From: Azolla caroliniana
Taxonomy: Eukaryota; Plantae; Polypodiophyta
NCBI GenBank assembly: GCA_043228905.1
Contig: JBHGNT010000004.1
Location: forward strand, 17,422,001-17,486,000
Direction of reading: 5' to 3'
DNA: 64,000 nt
Of the stretch, positions 25,903 to 38,090 are shown one piece after another; positions within the stretch are counted from its first letter, which is position 1; each line of letters opens with the position of its first letter. Position numbers and translations under genes: made by a program. The notes under the pieces are model-generated. The model was given only the letters and a program-made list of their open reading frames with translations, searched no databases and was not told the origin of the DNA.

Positions 25903-28009
25903 GTCACCGATCTGGTTTTGGATGTAGACGACTGTCCAGACCGACTCAGCCTAGTAGAATTGGGGCATGCTTTTCTCCTCCAACATTGCCCTTGCTGCGT
26001 CGACAATTGACCGGTTCTTCCTTTTGGCCACACCGTTTTGCTCCAGTGTGTATTTGCAACTGAATTCTCTCCGAATTCCGTTCTGCTGCAGATAACTGTT
26101 GAATTGGCCGGAAAAGTATTCTTTTCTACCATCCAACCACAGGCACTTGATCTTCCTCTTTGTTTCCCTTTCAACTAAGCTTTGAAGGTTTCGGAAATAT
26201 TCGAAGACTTCGCTCTTCCTCTCAATGAGGTAGATCCATGTGTGCCGGCTGTAGTCGTCGATGAAGGAGACGAAATACTGACTCCTGCCAAGACTAACAT
26301 TTTGTGCCAGTCCCCATACATCCGAATGGATTAGATCGAGCATGTTATAGCTCCGATTTCGTTCGGTGGGGAATGGAAGCTGGTGTTGCTTCCCGAGCTG
26401 GCAGGTTTCACAAACATGGGCCTTTCGCCACTGAATTTCGGCAAACCGAACACAACTTGTTTCGATTGCAGGTCCTAAAGCCTTCGGTAATTGACGTGGC
26501 CGATCCGCTTGTGCCAGAGATCGATGTCTGATTCAATCTTCTGTCCTTTGGCAAACATGGCGGTGTCGACTTCATTAGTGTTGAGGATGAACATCCTCCC
26601 TTCTCTGCACCCTTGCGCAATTATTTGGCCTTCTTCCTCGATGAAGCACCTGAGGTGCGTAAACCGCATCTGCATTCCCTGGTCGACGATTTGTCTTACC
26701 AATACCAGGTTCTTTGTGATAGTCAAGATGTGTAGTACGTTCATCAGCTTTCCCTTCTGTCAGACATGGCTTAAAGGGACTTCTCTGACATGCACGATCA
26801 GGTGAGGGGTGTCGTCTCCAGTTTTGACAATCCCCGGTTGTTCCGGCTTCTCCAAAAAAGAGAAACACTCTTCATACCATACTTCCGAATCAACGTACCA
26901 TACTTCCTCCGATCCGGAAGTGGTCTTCTTCATCGAGTTCACCTTGTGCTTCATCACAAAGGCTGGCCTTTTTCTGGTCTTCCCGGTTCCGGATCCTTTT
27001 GATCCTTGGCGTAGTGCAAGCTTTGCTGGTTTTCCCGATAGGCCTTGCTGGATCTGGATTTGCCCGAATCGGCGTGCTTCTTCCAACACTCGCTTTCCCC
27101 TTGGCCCTTTTTGCCACAATACCAACATTCCGTGTCAGCTTTTCCTTGTCGGCTTCCGGCACCGCTTTGACTCCCCCTGCTTGTGGAGGGTCTGGAACTG
27201 TTGTCGGCACTACCTCTGTGCCTTCGGTCCTACTCTTGTCGGTCGCCTCCATTGCGTGCCGGCCCACCTCGTCCACCACGTCCATGGGGCCAATTTGTCT
27301 CCGTGTACAGCATTTGGTCGTTCGATTGAGTGGTCCTAGACCCACTTGCGTGGTTTTCTTCAATCATCAACATTGATTGCAAGTCGAAGAAGGACGATGG
27401 CTTCTCCTGGGTGCGGATCGCTGTCTAGATTGGCCCATACCTTTGCATTAGACCACCAAGGCAGATTTGTACCATCTCATCTTCGTCCACCGTCACGTTG
27501 ATGGACTTGAGTGCGTCACAAATCTCCTTTATCTTGGTGGTGTAATCCATAACCGACATGTCTCTTTGCCGGATGTTGTTCAACTCTAACCGAAGCTGCA
27601 ACTTACGGGTTGTGGTTCTCGCGGCGAAAATCTTTCGTACATTTTCCCAGGCCTCCTTCGGCGTCTTTGCATCCTTTATGTAGCCGAGCATCTGATCGTG
27701 CACACAGGACGTGAGGTAGTACAATACTCGGCTCGCTCCTTGCTCCCGTACCGAGAAGTCATTGTGTGCTAGCTCCGGTGCTACCTCGTTAGTTCCTTCC
27801 ACGTAGCTCCAATAACCATGCCCTAGCAAGTACTGGTGCATTTTATATGACCAGGATGCATAGTTGCTCCGGTCGAGCTTCTCTGTTGGAAGTGAACTCA
27901 CCATACCTCTATCCATACCTTTCTCTGTTTGTTTTTACCGGTTATTAGGGTCTATCTTCGAAAGCGTCTGTCGGATGTAGAGGTTCTCAACCCTCGCACT
28001 TTGATACCA

Positions 28010-28479
28010 TGTGAAAGTGAGCGCGCGGAAGCGTTAGACAAACCGGCTCAGCCGGATAGCAATAGAAAATGAGAAAAGGTTTAATGGAGAACTTAACACA
28101 CAACGAATACGCGTGGGAGAGACAAAGAGGGAGAGGGAGAGAGGAGAACATAAACTTGATTCAAAATAACACTCTGAAACTCTGTGTACATAAAATGTGC
28201 TCAGAGAGCACTTTTATACAAGTCCATAAAGGACTGATAGAAGTACTGACAAGTACTTCAATATTCCTACGTTCGACTGACACTAACTACGAGACAATGA
28301 TTACCTAGTAGTCTAGGCTACTACTAGGCTTCCGGTTTGCACTCGAATTCGGCTCTCTGATCCGTCTCCCCGATCCGGCCGGTTGTATCTGGATACTGAT
28401 CCGGCTCATCCTTCCGGATACCGATCCGGCTCTGGTTTATTCAGCCGATCTGGATCCGGTTGAGCTTGCTCACTCAACA
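28010..28479 (-). repeat. 5' LTR of Copia A
   Basis: Adjacent to the PBS; direct repeat of 16954-17406. Confidence 0.95.
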
Positions 28480-29399
28480 CATAACATGAGGTCCACATCA
28501 TGCTTTTGTTTGTATTCGTTCCATTCCTCCATGAGGATGGGAAGGAAAATCATAATAACATTCTCTATGGAAAGCTCGCCCTCTTAAGTCCTTGTCCATA
28601 ACCTCTGGTTCTTACATTACACAACACTAGAAGTAAAGGAGAATAGTTGGAGTGAAGAATAACACTAGTACAAAGAAACAATACAAATATCTTAACACAC
28701 TTTGACTCAATAGGCAACAACGCTACTTTGAGGGTATTGTGTAATGCTCGGTGAGGTCAGTTCATAGTTGGGGCAAGCTTCTTCCTTGTATTGTCCAATA
28801 TGGATCAATTGTTGGTTGATGGTAATGCAAGCTTCTACATTAGATATTAGGACGTGTGGACTCGCTGCCATTGAGGAATTCCCCCCTCATCCCTCATCCC
28901 TAAGGGGTAGAAAGTGAGAACCCAATGTGGTATGCATTCTAAGATAGGTAATAATAAGTTATTTTTTCTTTAAAACGTTAAGCTTATAAAGAATATAATT
29001 CTATTGATGATCCTTTACATGATTTATAAGGATGATTTGATCAACTTTTGGGTATGGGAGTAAAACTTGATGATTAGATACTAGCTCTTTGGTTGCTTAA
29101 CACCCTTCATGACTCGTGGGAAACGTTTAAACTATCTTTCACTAATGTAGCTCTAAATGGAATTGTGACCATGAAATATGTGAAGTTCAATGTTTTAATG
29201 AAGAGATGCTACAAAAGACACAAGGGACATCATCACACCCAGAGGTTTTGATCGTTGAAAAAATAGAGGGAGGTGTAAGAATGAAAACCAAGATCAAAAG
29301 AGTCGAGAAATATTATATGGCATGCTACACATATTTTAGGTCTACGATTTACTCATTTTAGGGAATGTAAAAAGTTGTATCTTTCACAAGAAAAGTTTA

Positions 29400-30220
29400 T
29401 AGAACAAGTACTAGAGAGGTAACATACAACATACGAAACCAGTAAGTATCCCTCTTACTAATCACATTAGATCATGTAGAAAATGTCCAGATACCAAGCA
29501 ACAAAACGAAGGCATGTTCAATTCCTTACTCTTTCATCGATTGGTTCCTTAATCTATGTTATGGTCAGTAAGCGACCAAATATTGCCCATAAGTTGTAAA
29601 TAAACATCTTTCCAATCTTGGTATTTCCCATTGGGATGCCATAAAATGGGGTTTTAGATATTTAAGGGCTATGTATAGACTATGTTTGTGTTTTGGAGGT
29701 ATTGAACCAATTCCTGAAAGTTTTACAAATGCATGCATGGCTAGAGATCTTGATAGGAGAAAATTTACTTATATTCTCCTAGTAACTTTTGTGGGGGGAG
29801 CCATATAATGGTACTCCAAGTTGCAGAAGGGTGTTGCTTTGTCTAGTATGGAAGCAAAATATCTAGTAGTGATTGGAGTTGGCAAAGAGATGCATTGGAT
29901 GAAAAGGTTTGTTTTGGAATCGGATTTGAATCAACTCATTTATGTGATCTTTTGTGACACTCAAAGCACAATGGATTTGAGCAAGAACTCTACGTACCAT
30001 TCTTGCACGAAACACATTGACATGAGATACCATTGGCAACACTTGGCAATTGAACACCAACTAATTCAACTAAAGAAAATTCACATGGATGGTAGTGTTG
30101 CTTAGTTGTTGACGAAGGTGGTCTCTAAAGAAAATCTTAAGCTATGCCCCAAGGTCGTTGGCCTAGATATAAAATGAGTTGCTCAAGGAATCTTACTCTT
30201 ATGTGGCTAGAGAGGGAGAT
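29400..30220 (+). mobile_element. old degraded Copia RT/RNase H remnant with PPT
   Basis: KLQKGVALSSMEAKY...CDTQS...HSCTKHIDMRYH; purine tract AGAGGGAGA near 30211. Confidence 0.7.
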
Positions 30221-31601
30221 TATTAGTGTTATTGGCCACATAGTTATATATGTATTTACTTATGTATACACTCACTTTCTAAAGTGAGAAAAATGGGTAG
30301 AACGGGCAAATTTCTGTTAGAGTGCAGAACAAAAATTTTGAGAGCTCTATTAAGCTTCTTTTCATTCTCCATTTGTGCCTTTGCATAGATGGATTAAACG
30401 CCAACATATTGGACATCATGCCTCTGTCAATAGCCTCATGTTATAAGTTTTTGGTGGTCTTTTCTGTCTTGTTTGTTGGGTTTACGTTTTGGAAGGAAAT
30501 ATTGCTTTCCCCTTTGCATGCTACTCTAAGTGTAATTAGAATACAGCTTTTGTTATCCCTCCTAGAGGGTATTCCACATTAAGATTTTGGTGATGTATTG
30601 TGCATATTTACAATTACCCCCCATGTGTGGCAGCCATGGCTGCCTTGCATACACTATGTTATGAACACCACATGTATATGTAAATGATAGCATAGAGAGC
30701 TCACATACATGCAATAGAGACAAGTGGGGTTTGCATGGTTACACATCCTTCGACAAATACCATTTCATTTTCCTAAGGAGAGAAATCTGCAACCCAATGC
30801 ATCTTGGATTATATCTTATTAAGGTTTTATTAAGTTGGGACTTAGGTAGAAACTTTTGAAATGATGACTAGTTTCTTACATTTTGATGTAATTTGGGTCA
30901 AGAAACTAATGAAACAGAAAAGTAACTTTTGCTGTCTACGTAAGATTCAAACTTTGCTTTAGAGAGGAACATAGTACCTTTATGTGCACAAGGAAACAAT
31001 AAAATATGAAGGGTACCTCAAAATGCTTGACAGAGTACTTAGTTTCTTATATATTTTTTAAACTAAAAGTGGCCTTGTTGTGCAATTTAAGTAACTAATG
31101 TATCTTTGAATCAACCATCTATAATAGAGACTGAACATAAAACAAATCACGTGTACGATACAATATAAAGCAACCAAATGCTCTCGTATATACTGTCCTG
31201 TAAGAATAAACTATTTGGATAAGCAGGTTTCTGTATTTCAACTCTCAAGTGGCTAGAATCAACACAAGCTCAATTACATGATAATATTATATAAAGCATT
31301 GAGAAAAGTATAGCTTAAAAATTCAGTTGTCACTTCACGACATGTGATGAAGAGAAACTATTCCAATCCATATCTCATTTTCGATGATTCAATCCAAATT
31401 CCTGATGAGAGCCATTCATGATGCAGCTATGACTAACCTCATACACCAGCGCAATTCCAGAAGGATCTCCTCAGGAAGTAACTTAATTTTGATGATTTTG
31501 CAAATAATGATAAAAAGGAAAATAATAATAATAACAAATTGCTTTCTTAATTTACCAGCATTCCACCAAAAGTAGAATGCAATAAAGTGTTAGCTTTGTT
31601 T

Positions 31602-31802
31602 TTAAGTGTTAGCTCTGACAGCAAGGCGTTCACAAACATCTGCCAGAGACTTCAAGTTGCATTTTACAAGAGCTTCTATAAACAATTCGGTATCCTCTTT
31701 GGTGTTCCCATCGGGAATATTCACCACATATGATTTGACAACAAGGGTACAAGGCTTCTCATCTATGGTCTCTTCATGGAGGGTGACTACAGACTTGTAA
31801 TT
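31602..31802 (-). CDS. PYL: PYL ABA receptor exon 3
   Basis: CGCAG acceptor; NYKSVVTLH...KSYVVNIPDGNTKEDT..FIEALVKCNLKSLADVCERLA, TAA. The spliced product is 180 aa with the two-intron layout typical of subfamily I. Confidence 0.92.
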   Translation of the reverse strand, partial: NYKSVVTLHEETIDEKPCTLVVKSYVVNIPDGNTKEDTELFIEALVKCNLKSLADVCERLAVRANT

Positions 31803-33209
31803 CTGCGAAAAAAGCCACATCATCATCATTTGTAACTGTGAGATCCAAAAGAAGCTGTAAACCTGAATTAGATAATTAAAAAAAGAAAGCATTCAAATAT
31901 AAAACTGTTGAGATGACATACAACAAGAGAACAATGATAAAGCATGCCGACATATTTGACTGTAGAACATGATAGGGAACCACGCCAATGCTAGGAAAGT
32001 TGCTTTCCACAACTGGAGTCTCTTGAATGCTACCTTTAGGATGTCAATCGAGATCATATATCATACGCTATAAGACCAGGTCCTTGTGATACACTAATGC
32101 AATAAATTTGGTAGCCCCTGGAGGGGAACTTTGTGGGACTTCAAGAGTGAAAAGGATCACTGTACATGTGCTAAACATCTGGTAAACATCATTTTGTTTC
32201 ATTCATTATTTTCATCAAAAATATTTGAGACCTACTGAATGCAAAGCGAACACATTCATTTTTAGCCCCAGCACTCCACACTAAGATCGGGATTTGCTAT
32301 TTCCCATGTACATGATAAATTTCTCCAACATCCTTGATAAAACACATATCTGTAATGTCCCTCGCAATTTTGAGCTCAGACTTGTATATTCTATTAGGAG
32401 GGGCATTAAGAAGCATCACAAATTTCCATAATCCAGATTCTCTGCTCATCATTAAGCCAAACATTTACATTGCTAAGCTTAAAAAATTTCTACTGTCACA
32501 GAGAATCTAGAGTGGTTCTCCTCCCTTTATCTCATTCTTATTGGGCGGATATAGGTTGATAAGAAGGGAAATGAGGAATTTGCACTTGCACCACAAGCTC
32601 TACTGATTGGTCACGTTTCATCCATCTATCCTCTTTTCTTTTAAATCATGGCAATATTTTTAGGAAGTAGAAATGAGGAACCTGTAAATGCTTTGCAAGC
32701 ACCATCAGTTGGAAAATGAGCATTGCCTTCATACATTTAGTCTTTCCCTCTAAATCTCTCAGTACATCTCAGTGTTCCCTCAACATGACAACATTTCCAG
32801 AAAGGGCATACAGCAAACTAGGGTAAATTTAAACAGCATTAGACAAAACAACCCCAGATAAGTGAAATTTGTAATTGTGAACGTGAAGCATAAAAAACCA
32901 GTCAATTTTCAGAACATCTCAAAGAAAACCTTCTAATTTGCTAAGTTTTCCCTCGACTAATTTCTCAAATTTCAAGTGACAATAGTTCAGCTTTATGGTT
33001 AAACAGTTTCTTTCAACATGCTATGACTACATAAACAAATGAGGACAGTCAAGAGACTTTACATAAACAAATGAAGATTGTCAACAGACTTAACATAAAA
33101 AGTCAAGAATTTGAGACTCTTAAGGTATTTTACACAAACAAATGGAGAAAGTAAAGAGACTTTAAATAAACAAACAAGAATCTCAATTCAATCAGAAAGA
33201 GATCTCAAC

Positions 33210-33425
33210 CTTGAGCCGATGGTCGCCACCAAGGACAGTGTAAATAAGGACATGATTCTTATCATCCAGAGTATCCAAACGTTCAATGCTTGTGGTAACT
33301 GGGAGGCCAGAGACCACATACACCTCTCGAATGCATCCCTCTTTCACCTCACCTTGCACACTGCATCTCTGAACAAATGGCTTGTAAAGCTGTGGCTCAC
33401 CAAATTGTCGAACCACAGACCAGAC
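33210..33425 (-). CDS. PYL: PYL ABA receptor exon 2
   Basis: TGCAG acceptor; [18 protein letters not shown]...SGLPV (gate)...SIERL...GGDHRLK (latch); GT donor; 72 codons. Confidence 0.92.
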
Positions 33426-33630
33426 CTGCACAAAATAAGAAATATTCAAAAAATCTAGATAGAAACTTGAATGGTCTACAAAATAAGAAAAACTCAAAAA
33501 ACCTGGATAGAACCACAGACCAGACCTGCACAAAATAAGAAATACTCAAAAAATCTAGATAGAAACTTGAACCACAGACCAGACCTGCACAAAATAAGAA
33601 ATACTCAAAAAATCTAGATAGAAACTTGAA
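33410..33630. repeat. three copies of a ~60-bp unit spanning the PYL intron1/exon2 junction
   Basis: GAACCACAGACCAGACCTGCACAAAATAAGAAATA(T/C)TCAAAAAATCTAGATAGAAACTTGA at 33410, 33510 and 33569. Confidence 0.9.
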
Positions 33631-35261
33631 AGGTCAGTATCATGATAAGAATGCAGAAAAACTGATCGGATGAACCTCAACTGAAACTCCATAAACATGC
33701 TTGAAACATATCTCCGATGATAAGCATATGCTTATCAGAAAGACCCATCAGCATCAATAGGAGCTCAGGACAAAAAGTTTTAAATTGCTATAGAAAATCA
33801 GAAGCTATACATATACTCTAGGGTAGCTGCTAATAAGTATATGCAGAAAACATTATCAGGATTATGACCTCATAAGCAGATGTTTCAAATCTACATGGAA
33901 ACAAGAACACAAAACAAATGGAATTTACAAGCTCCATGATAAGCACGCATGATGATATTTCAAATCCAGATTTGAAATAAGAAATCTATACACAATAGGC
34001 TAGAAAAGCTCCATGGTAAGCATGCAAAAAGATCCGTACCTTAAGACCATAAGATTAAAAGCCATGGAAGTTAGAAAGCTGTAGATAATATGCTTGAACC
34101 TGCCATAAGAAGGATGCATCAAAACTCGAACTAGATTGTTCAAATCAAGATGGTAACTAAAACACTATAAAAAATATGCTTGAGTAGCTCCGTGATAAGC
34201 CGAAGAAAAATTCATAAGTTTCAAATCCATATGGAAAACTAAAAATCTATAATAACATTGATTGAGCAGCTGCATGATAAGCGTATATCCACTGGGATTA
34301 TTAGGATCTGCAGGTCAGAAATTTTAAATCCAAATGGAAACTAGAAACTTTATCCAAATATGCTTGAAGACACATATTATAAGCATGCAGACAGATACAT
34401 TGGGATTAGCAGGACTTCAGGACAGGAGATTTCCAAATTGTGATCTTGAGATGGCGCATGATAAGCAAACAGAAATATCCATCGTGATTGTGAAGATACC
34501 AGGAACACAAGCTTTAACTCCAGATGAGAAATATCCAACTTACATGATTGATCAACTGTGTGATCAGCACAACGAAAGATCCATCATGATCAGGACCTCA
34601 CCATTAGGTAATTTCGAATCCAGTCAACAATAAGGGGGATTTCTCTGACAAAGCAGAAATTCAGGACAAACCTTAACACCAGACAGTTTTAAATCCAGAC
34701 CAAGAAAAGGGAAGTGCTTTGCAGGGAAGGAAGCACATATGTCTCTGAGAAATCAGAAATTTTGAACAGGTAACTCACATCAGATAGATCCAAAAAACAG
34801 TTCACGTAAAGGGATTTAATTTGAGGTAAAGAAGGAGATGTTGCTAATCTGAGAGAACGCAGACATAAACAAAAACAAGAATGAAAACAAACCAATCAGA
34901 TCAAGCAGATTTACTAAAACATTTCTCTGAGAAGGTGGAACTTCGGAACAACGTAAAACAAAAGAATGAGAAACGGATCAGATCGAGGAGAGGTGCTGGA
35001 ACAAGAACAAGAATGGGAAACGGATCATATGGAGAAAACTTACCACAATCATTGCTCCGGCAGTGCAAAATCTATCGGGTTAAAAAGGGAGAGGAAATGA
35101 GATGCGGTGCCATTACTCTGAGAGAAAGGACGAATTTGGGAAAACAAAAGAAAGGAATTGAGAGATGGGAACAGACTTACTATCGAATTTTTTTCCCTTG
35201 AGAAAGCAAAGATGATGGGGGAACAAAAACAAGAAGGATTAAGGAACCAAGAGGGACTTAC

Positions 35262-35387
35262 AATGTCGATGGAAGCATGAACACGTTTGGTGAACACAGA
35301 TGTGGTCTGGTTTCCTAATATGTCATGGGAATGAAGATCAGAGATGAGTTCCGAGTCTTGGTGCGAGTCCAGATTGATGAGATTCAT
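35262..35387 (-). CDS. PYL: PYR/PYL/RCAR ABA receptor (subfamily I, PYL8/9-like), exon 1
   Basis: ATG at 35387; MNLINLDSHQDSELISDLHSHDILGNQTTSVFTKRVHASIDI followed by a GTAAGT donor (phase 0). Confidence 0.8.
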
Positions 35388-35501
35388 GATGAGGAACGAT
35401 GAACGATGCCGAAAGGAGCGGTAGCAAATCGTCAAGGAAGGAAGGAAGGAAGGAAGGAAGGAAGAGAGGAAGGAGGAAGAGAGGAAGAGAGGAGGCGGAG
35501 G

Positions 35502-35579
35502 TCACGGCAAGGAGCTTCTTCTTAAGGCCAACGCCATAGCCATAGCTGTAGCTGTAGCTGAAGCCATAGCCATAGCCAT
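35502..35579 (-). promoter_or_regulatory. upstream ORF (25 aa, five ATGs) in frame with the PYL CDS
   Basis: MAMAMASATATAMAMALALRRSSLP*; 35579-35387 = 192 nt, so it is in frame. It lies downstream of a TATAAAA at 35645-35639. Confidence 0.6.
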
Positions 35580-35638
35580 GGATCCACGTCCGGGGGAAGG
35601 GGGAGTGGTACAACACAGAAATTCATCAGCGATCAATC

Positions 35639-35645
35639 TTTTATA
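35639..35645 (-). promoter_or_regulatory. putative TATA box of the PYL gene
   Basis: Minus strand TATATAACCTATAAAAG followed by a pyrimidine-rich leader. Confidence 0.5.
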
Positions 35646-37898
35646 GGTTATATACAGACAAGACAGACAAGACAAACAAATATATTTATTTATTGAGATT
35701 TCAATACAAATATTATTTTCCTGGGAGGGGCACCCAGAACTGTGTGGGTATGTAATGTATATATACATGTATGTAATGTAATGTAATGTATATATATACA
35801 TGTATGTAATGTAATGTATGTATGTATATACATGTATGTATGCATGTATAATGCATGTGTGTTTTTCCTTTGGTTTTCTTTTGTGTTGATTGATTCCACT
35901 TCCATTTGTGTGGGCCCCATATACTTGGTTTGCATACTTTGCTCGTGGCCCATACATACATATGTACATACTTCTTGTTATTGCCTGCCCTCGGACATTT
36001 CTTTGGGCTTGTCCATCCCGGTAGAAAGGCATTCTCCATAGAAAGGAATTGAAGGCAACGAGTAAAACCTCTCTCTATCCTATCCTATATGGTTGTTGAT
36101 GCGGCTAGAGCAAACAAAGATAATGCATCCCTAACGGCTTTGCACCACATCTATCTACCTCAGTAGTCACACTAAGCACCAAAGTTGTTAAAAGAGGAAC
36201 TTGCTTGGAGCATAAGACCTTCGGCACCACTAACCTCACCCCACCCCAACTATTGACATCGCCAACTCCTCCTCGTTTATGCTAGATGAAATTCTAGAAG
36301 ATGAAGTCATCTTGACCATCGTATAGCTTTCTTGTCCAACTATGTAACCTTGGGACCTTCAATCATTGTTACCTCCACCATCTTGAACCAAGCATTTCAT
36401 TAATAGTAGAATTTGTTGTCCAAGAAGGTTGCAATGGTGTTGGTTGTCCTACAAGTGTGAAATGAGCGAAAAGCCATAATAATGTAAACTAAGAAAGAAA
36501 ATATGCTTAAATAGGTCATATGACTAGTTTAGTGTGACAATGGCTACTAGCCGTGTGGCCCAATTTATAGGTCATTAATGTTGAATGCCAGCTTAGTGAC
36601 CCACAACAATATAAGTTGCTCAAATGGCACAATCATATAATAGATATATATGAGCGAATGAAGAAGAGTTTAATTATCTACTATAGAGCCCCCCTTTGCT
36701 TTAGTCTATGTCTCTTTTGATGTTGACAGTCTAGAACTGTTGTATATTTTTGTGATTCGCAATGCTTGATTATGTTGCCATCGTTTATCCTATTTTGCTC
36801 CTCATAGTAATACCTTGGTCTCTGTAGTGCTTGTGCATAGAACTCTTAGATAAGAGATTAGAGTGGACAAGGTACTAGCATGTTGAATTCAATTGAGGTC
36901 AAATTCTTGTTCTAACCTTGGTGTTAACCAACCTTCATATATCTTATTTTGTTCCCTTGGCTTTTCATGGAATCACAATAGTTTATCCTCATTTTCCATA
37001 GTGGGAGTGACCCTAGGCCTAAAATTAAACACGTTGGTCCATAGTGCTTTTACTCCCAACATATTATTATGTTCTTAAAAAATTAATGCGTTGAGTGCAT
37101 GGTCTTTACTCCTCTTGGTGATTTTAAGGAATCTGTAAATTCCTTATAAATTGAGAATACCTATTACCTCTCTATTGTTGGGAGAGAGTAGGTGTTTTAA
37201 ATATCTATTAAATATATAAACTTAAAAACTATAAATTAAAAAACCAGAAAGTTGAAAAAAAGGAAATGGATTATTAGGGAACTAATAATTGGGCTAGTGA
37301 TATGTGAGATGGTTATAAAAAATAATCTCTCTAAGAGAAAAGATTAATTGAATCAACAAAAAAAAAGTAAGAAAAAAAAAACGAAAATGAAATTCTAACA
37401 CTATTCTTAAGAATTTAGATGATCCATAAAATTCTAACACTATTCTAAATGCTTCAAGTTCACCTCTACCTACGCTCGTTAGGGTTTAGGGTTTAGCATT
37501 TGAATCCATCATGTTGTTGTTTTTCCATAGTCACCTTTTGGTAACCCTTACACAATCATTGGTTCTCCATCTTGTGCCACAAACTTGGTTTTAAGTCTTT
37601 CCAATTAAGAGACAACAGTCATAAATTCCTGTTGGCTAACAACAGTCATATAGCTATTTAGGGCTTAGGAAGCAACTACGGAAAGAGGAAATCCGGTTCA
37701 AACTATTAGAACTAAGGCAAAAATGGAAAGAAATAAGCGAAATAGTTGTAGTCGAGAGCGAGCGAGTACTTAATGATTAAAGTAAATATGTATTAAAAAA
37801 AGGAGATTCACGAAAGAGCTTGGAGGACTCAAGACTATTGTTGAACAGGAATGGTTTGATAAGAGTGACGAGGTTTCATTATGTATATGGTGGGCCAT

Positions 37899-38090
37899 GG
37901 AACATTCTAGGGTTTTGTAGAATGTTTTGGGAAGTTCTAGAATTTTCCGGGAAATTCTATGAAGTTCTAGAATGTTCTAGGGTTCTAACCATTATTATAT
38001 TATGTTACAAATTACAATATAATAATTATGACTATTAGATAGCTTAATGGTTAAGTCCTTTAAATAGGTGACAGGTTTGAGCTCCATCAC
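37899..38090. promoter_or_regulatory. LTR-like remnant with a heat-shock-element array and degenerate Pol III boxes
   Basis: Repeated GAAnnTTCnnGAA (e.g. GAAGTTCTAGAATGTTC), then TAGCTTAATGG...GGTTTGAGCTCC: the same layout as the element C LTR. Confidence 0.45.

Larger units (their letters stand above)
16954..28479 (-). mobile_element. Ty1/copia element A (degenerate, full length), interrupted by element B
   Basis: LTRs at 16954-17406 and 28010-28479 (TG...CA). TSD CATAA at 16949-16953 and 28480-28484. tRNA-iMet PBS (TGGTATCAAAG, minus) ends at 28009; PPT at 17407-17418. gag from 27916, INT at 25951-26343 and 20103-20294, RT ([15 protein letters not shown]), RH (RTKHIEVHYHFVRE); many frameshifts. 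Confidence 0.95.
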
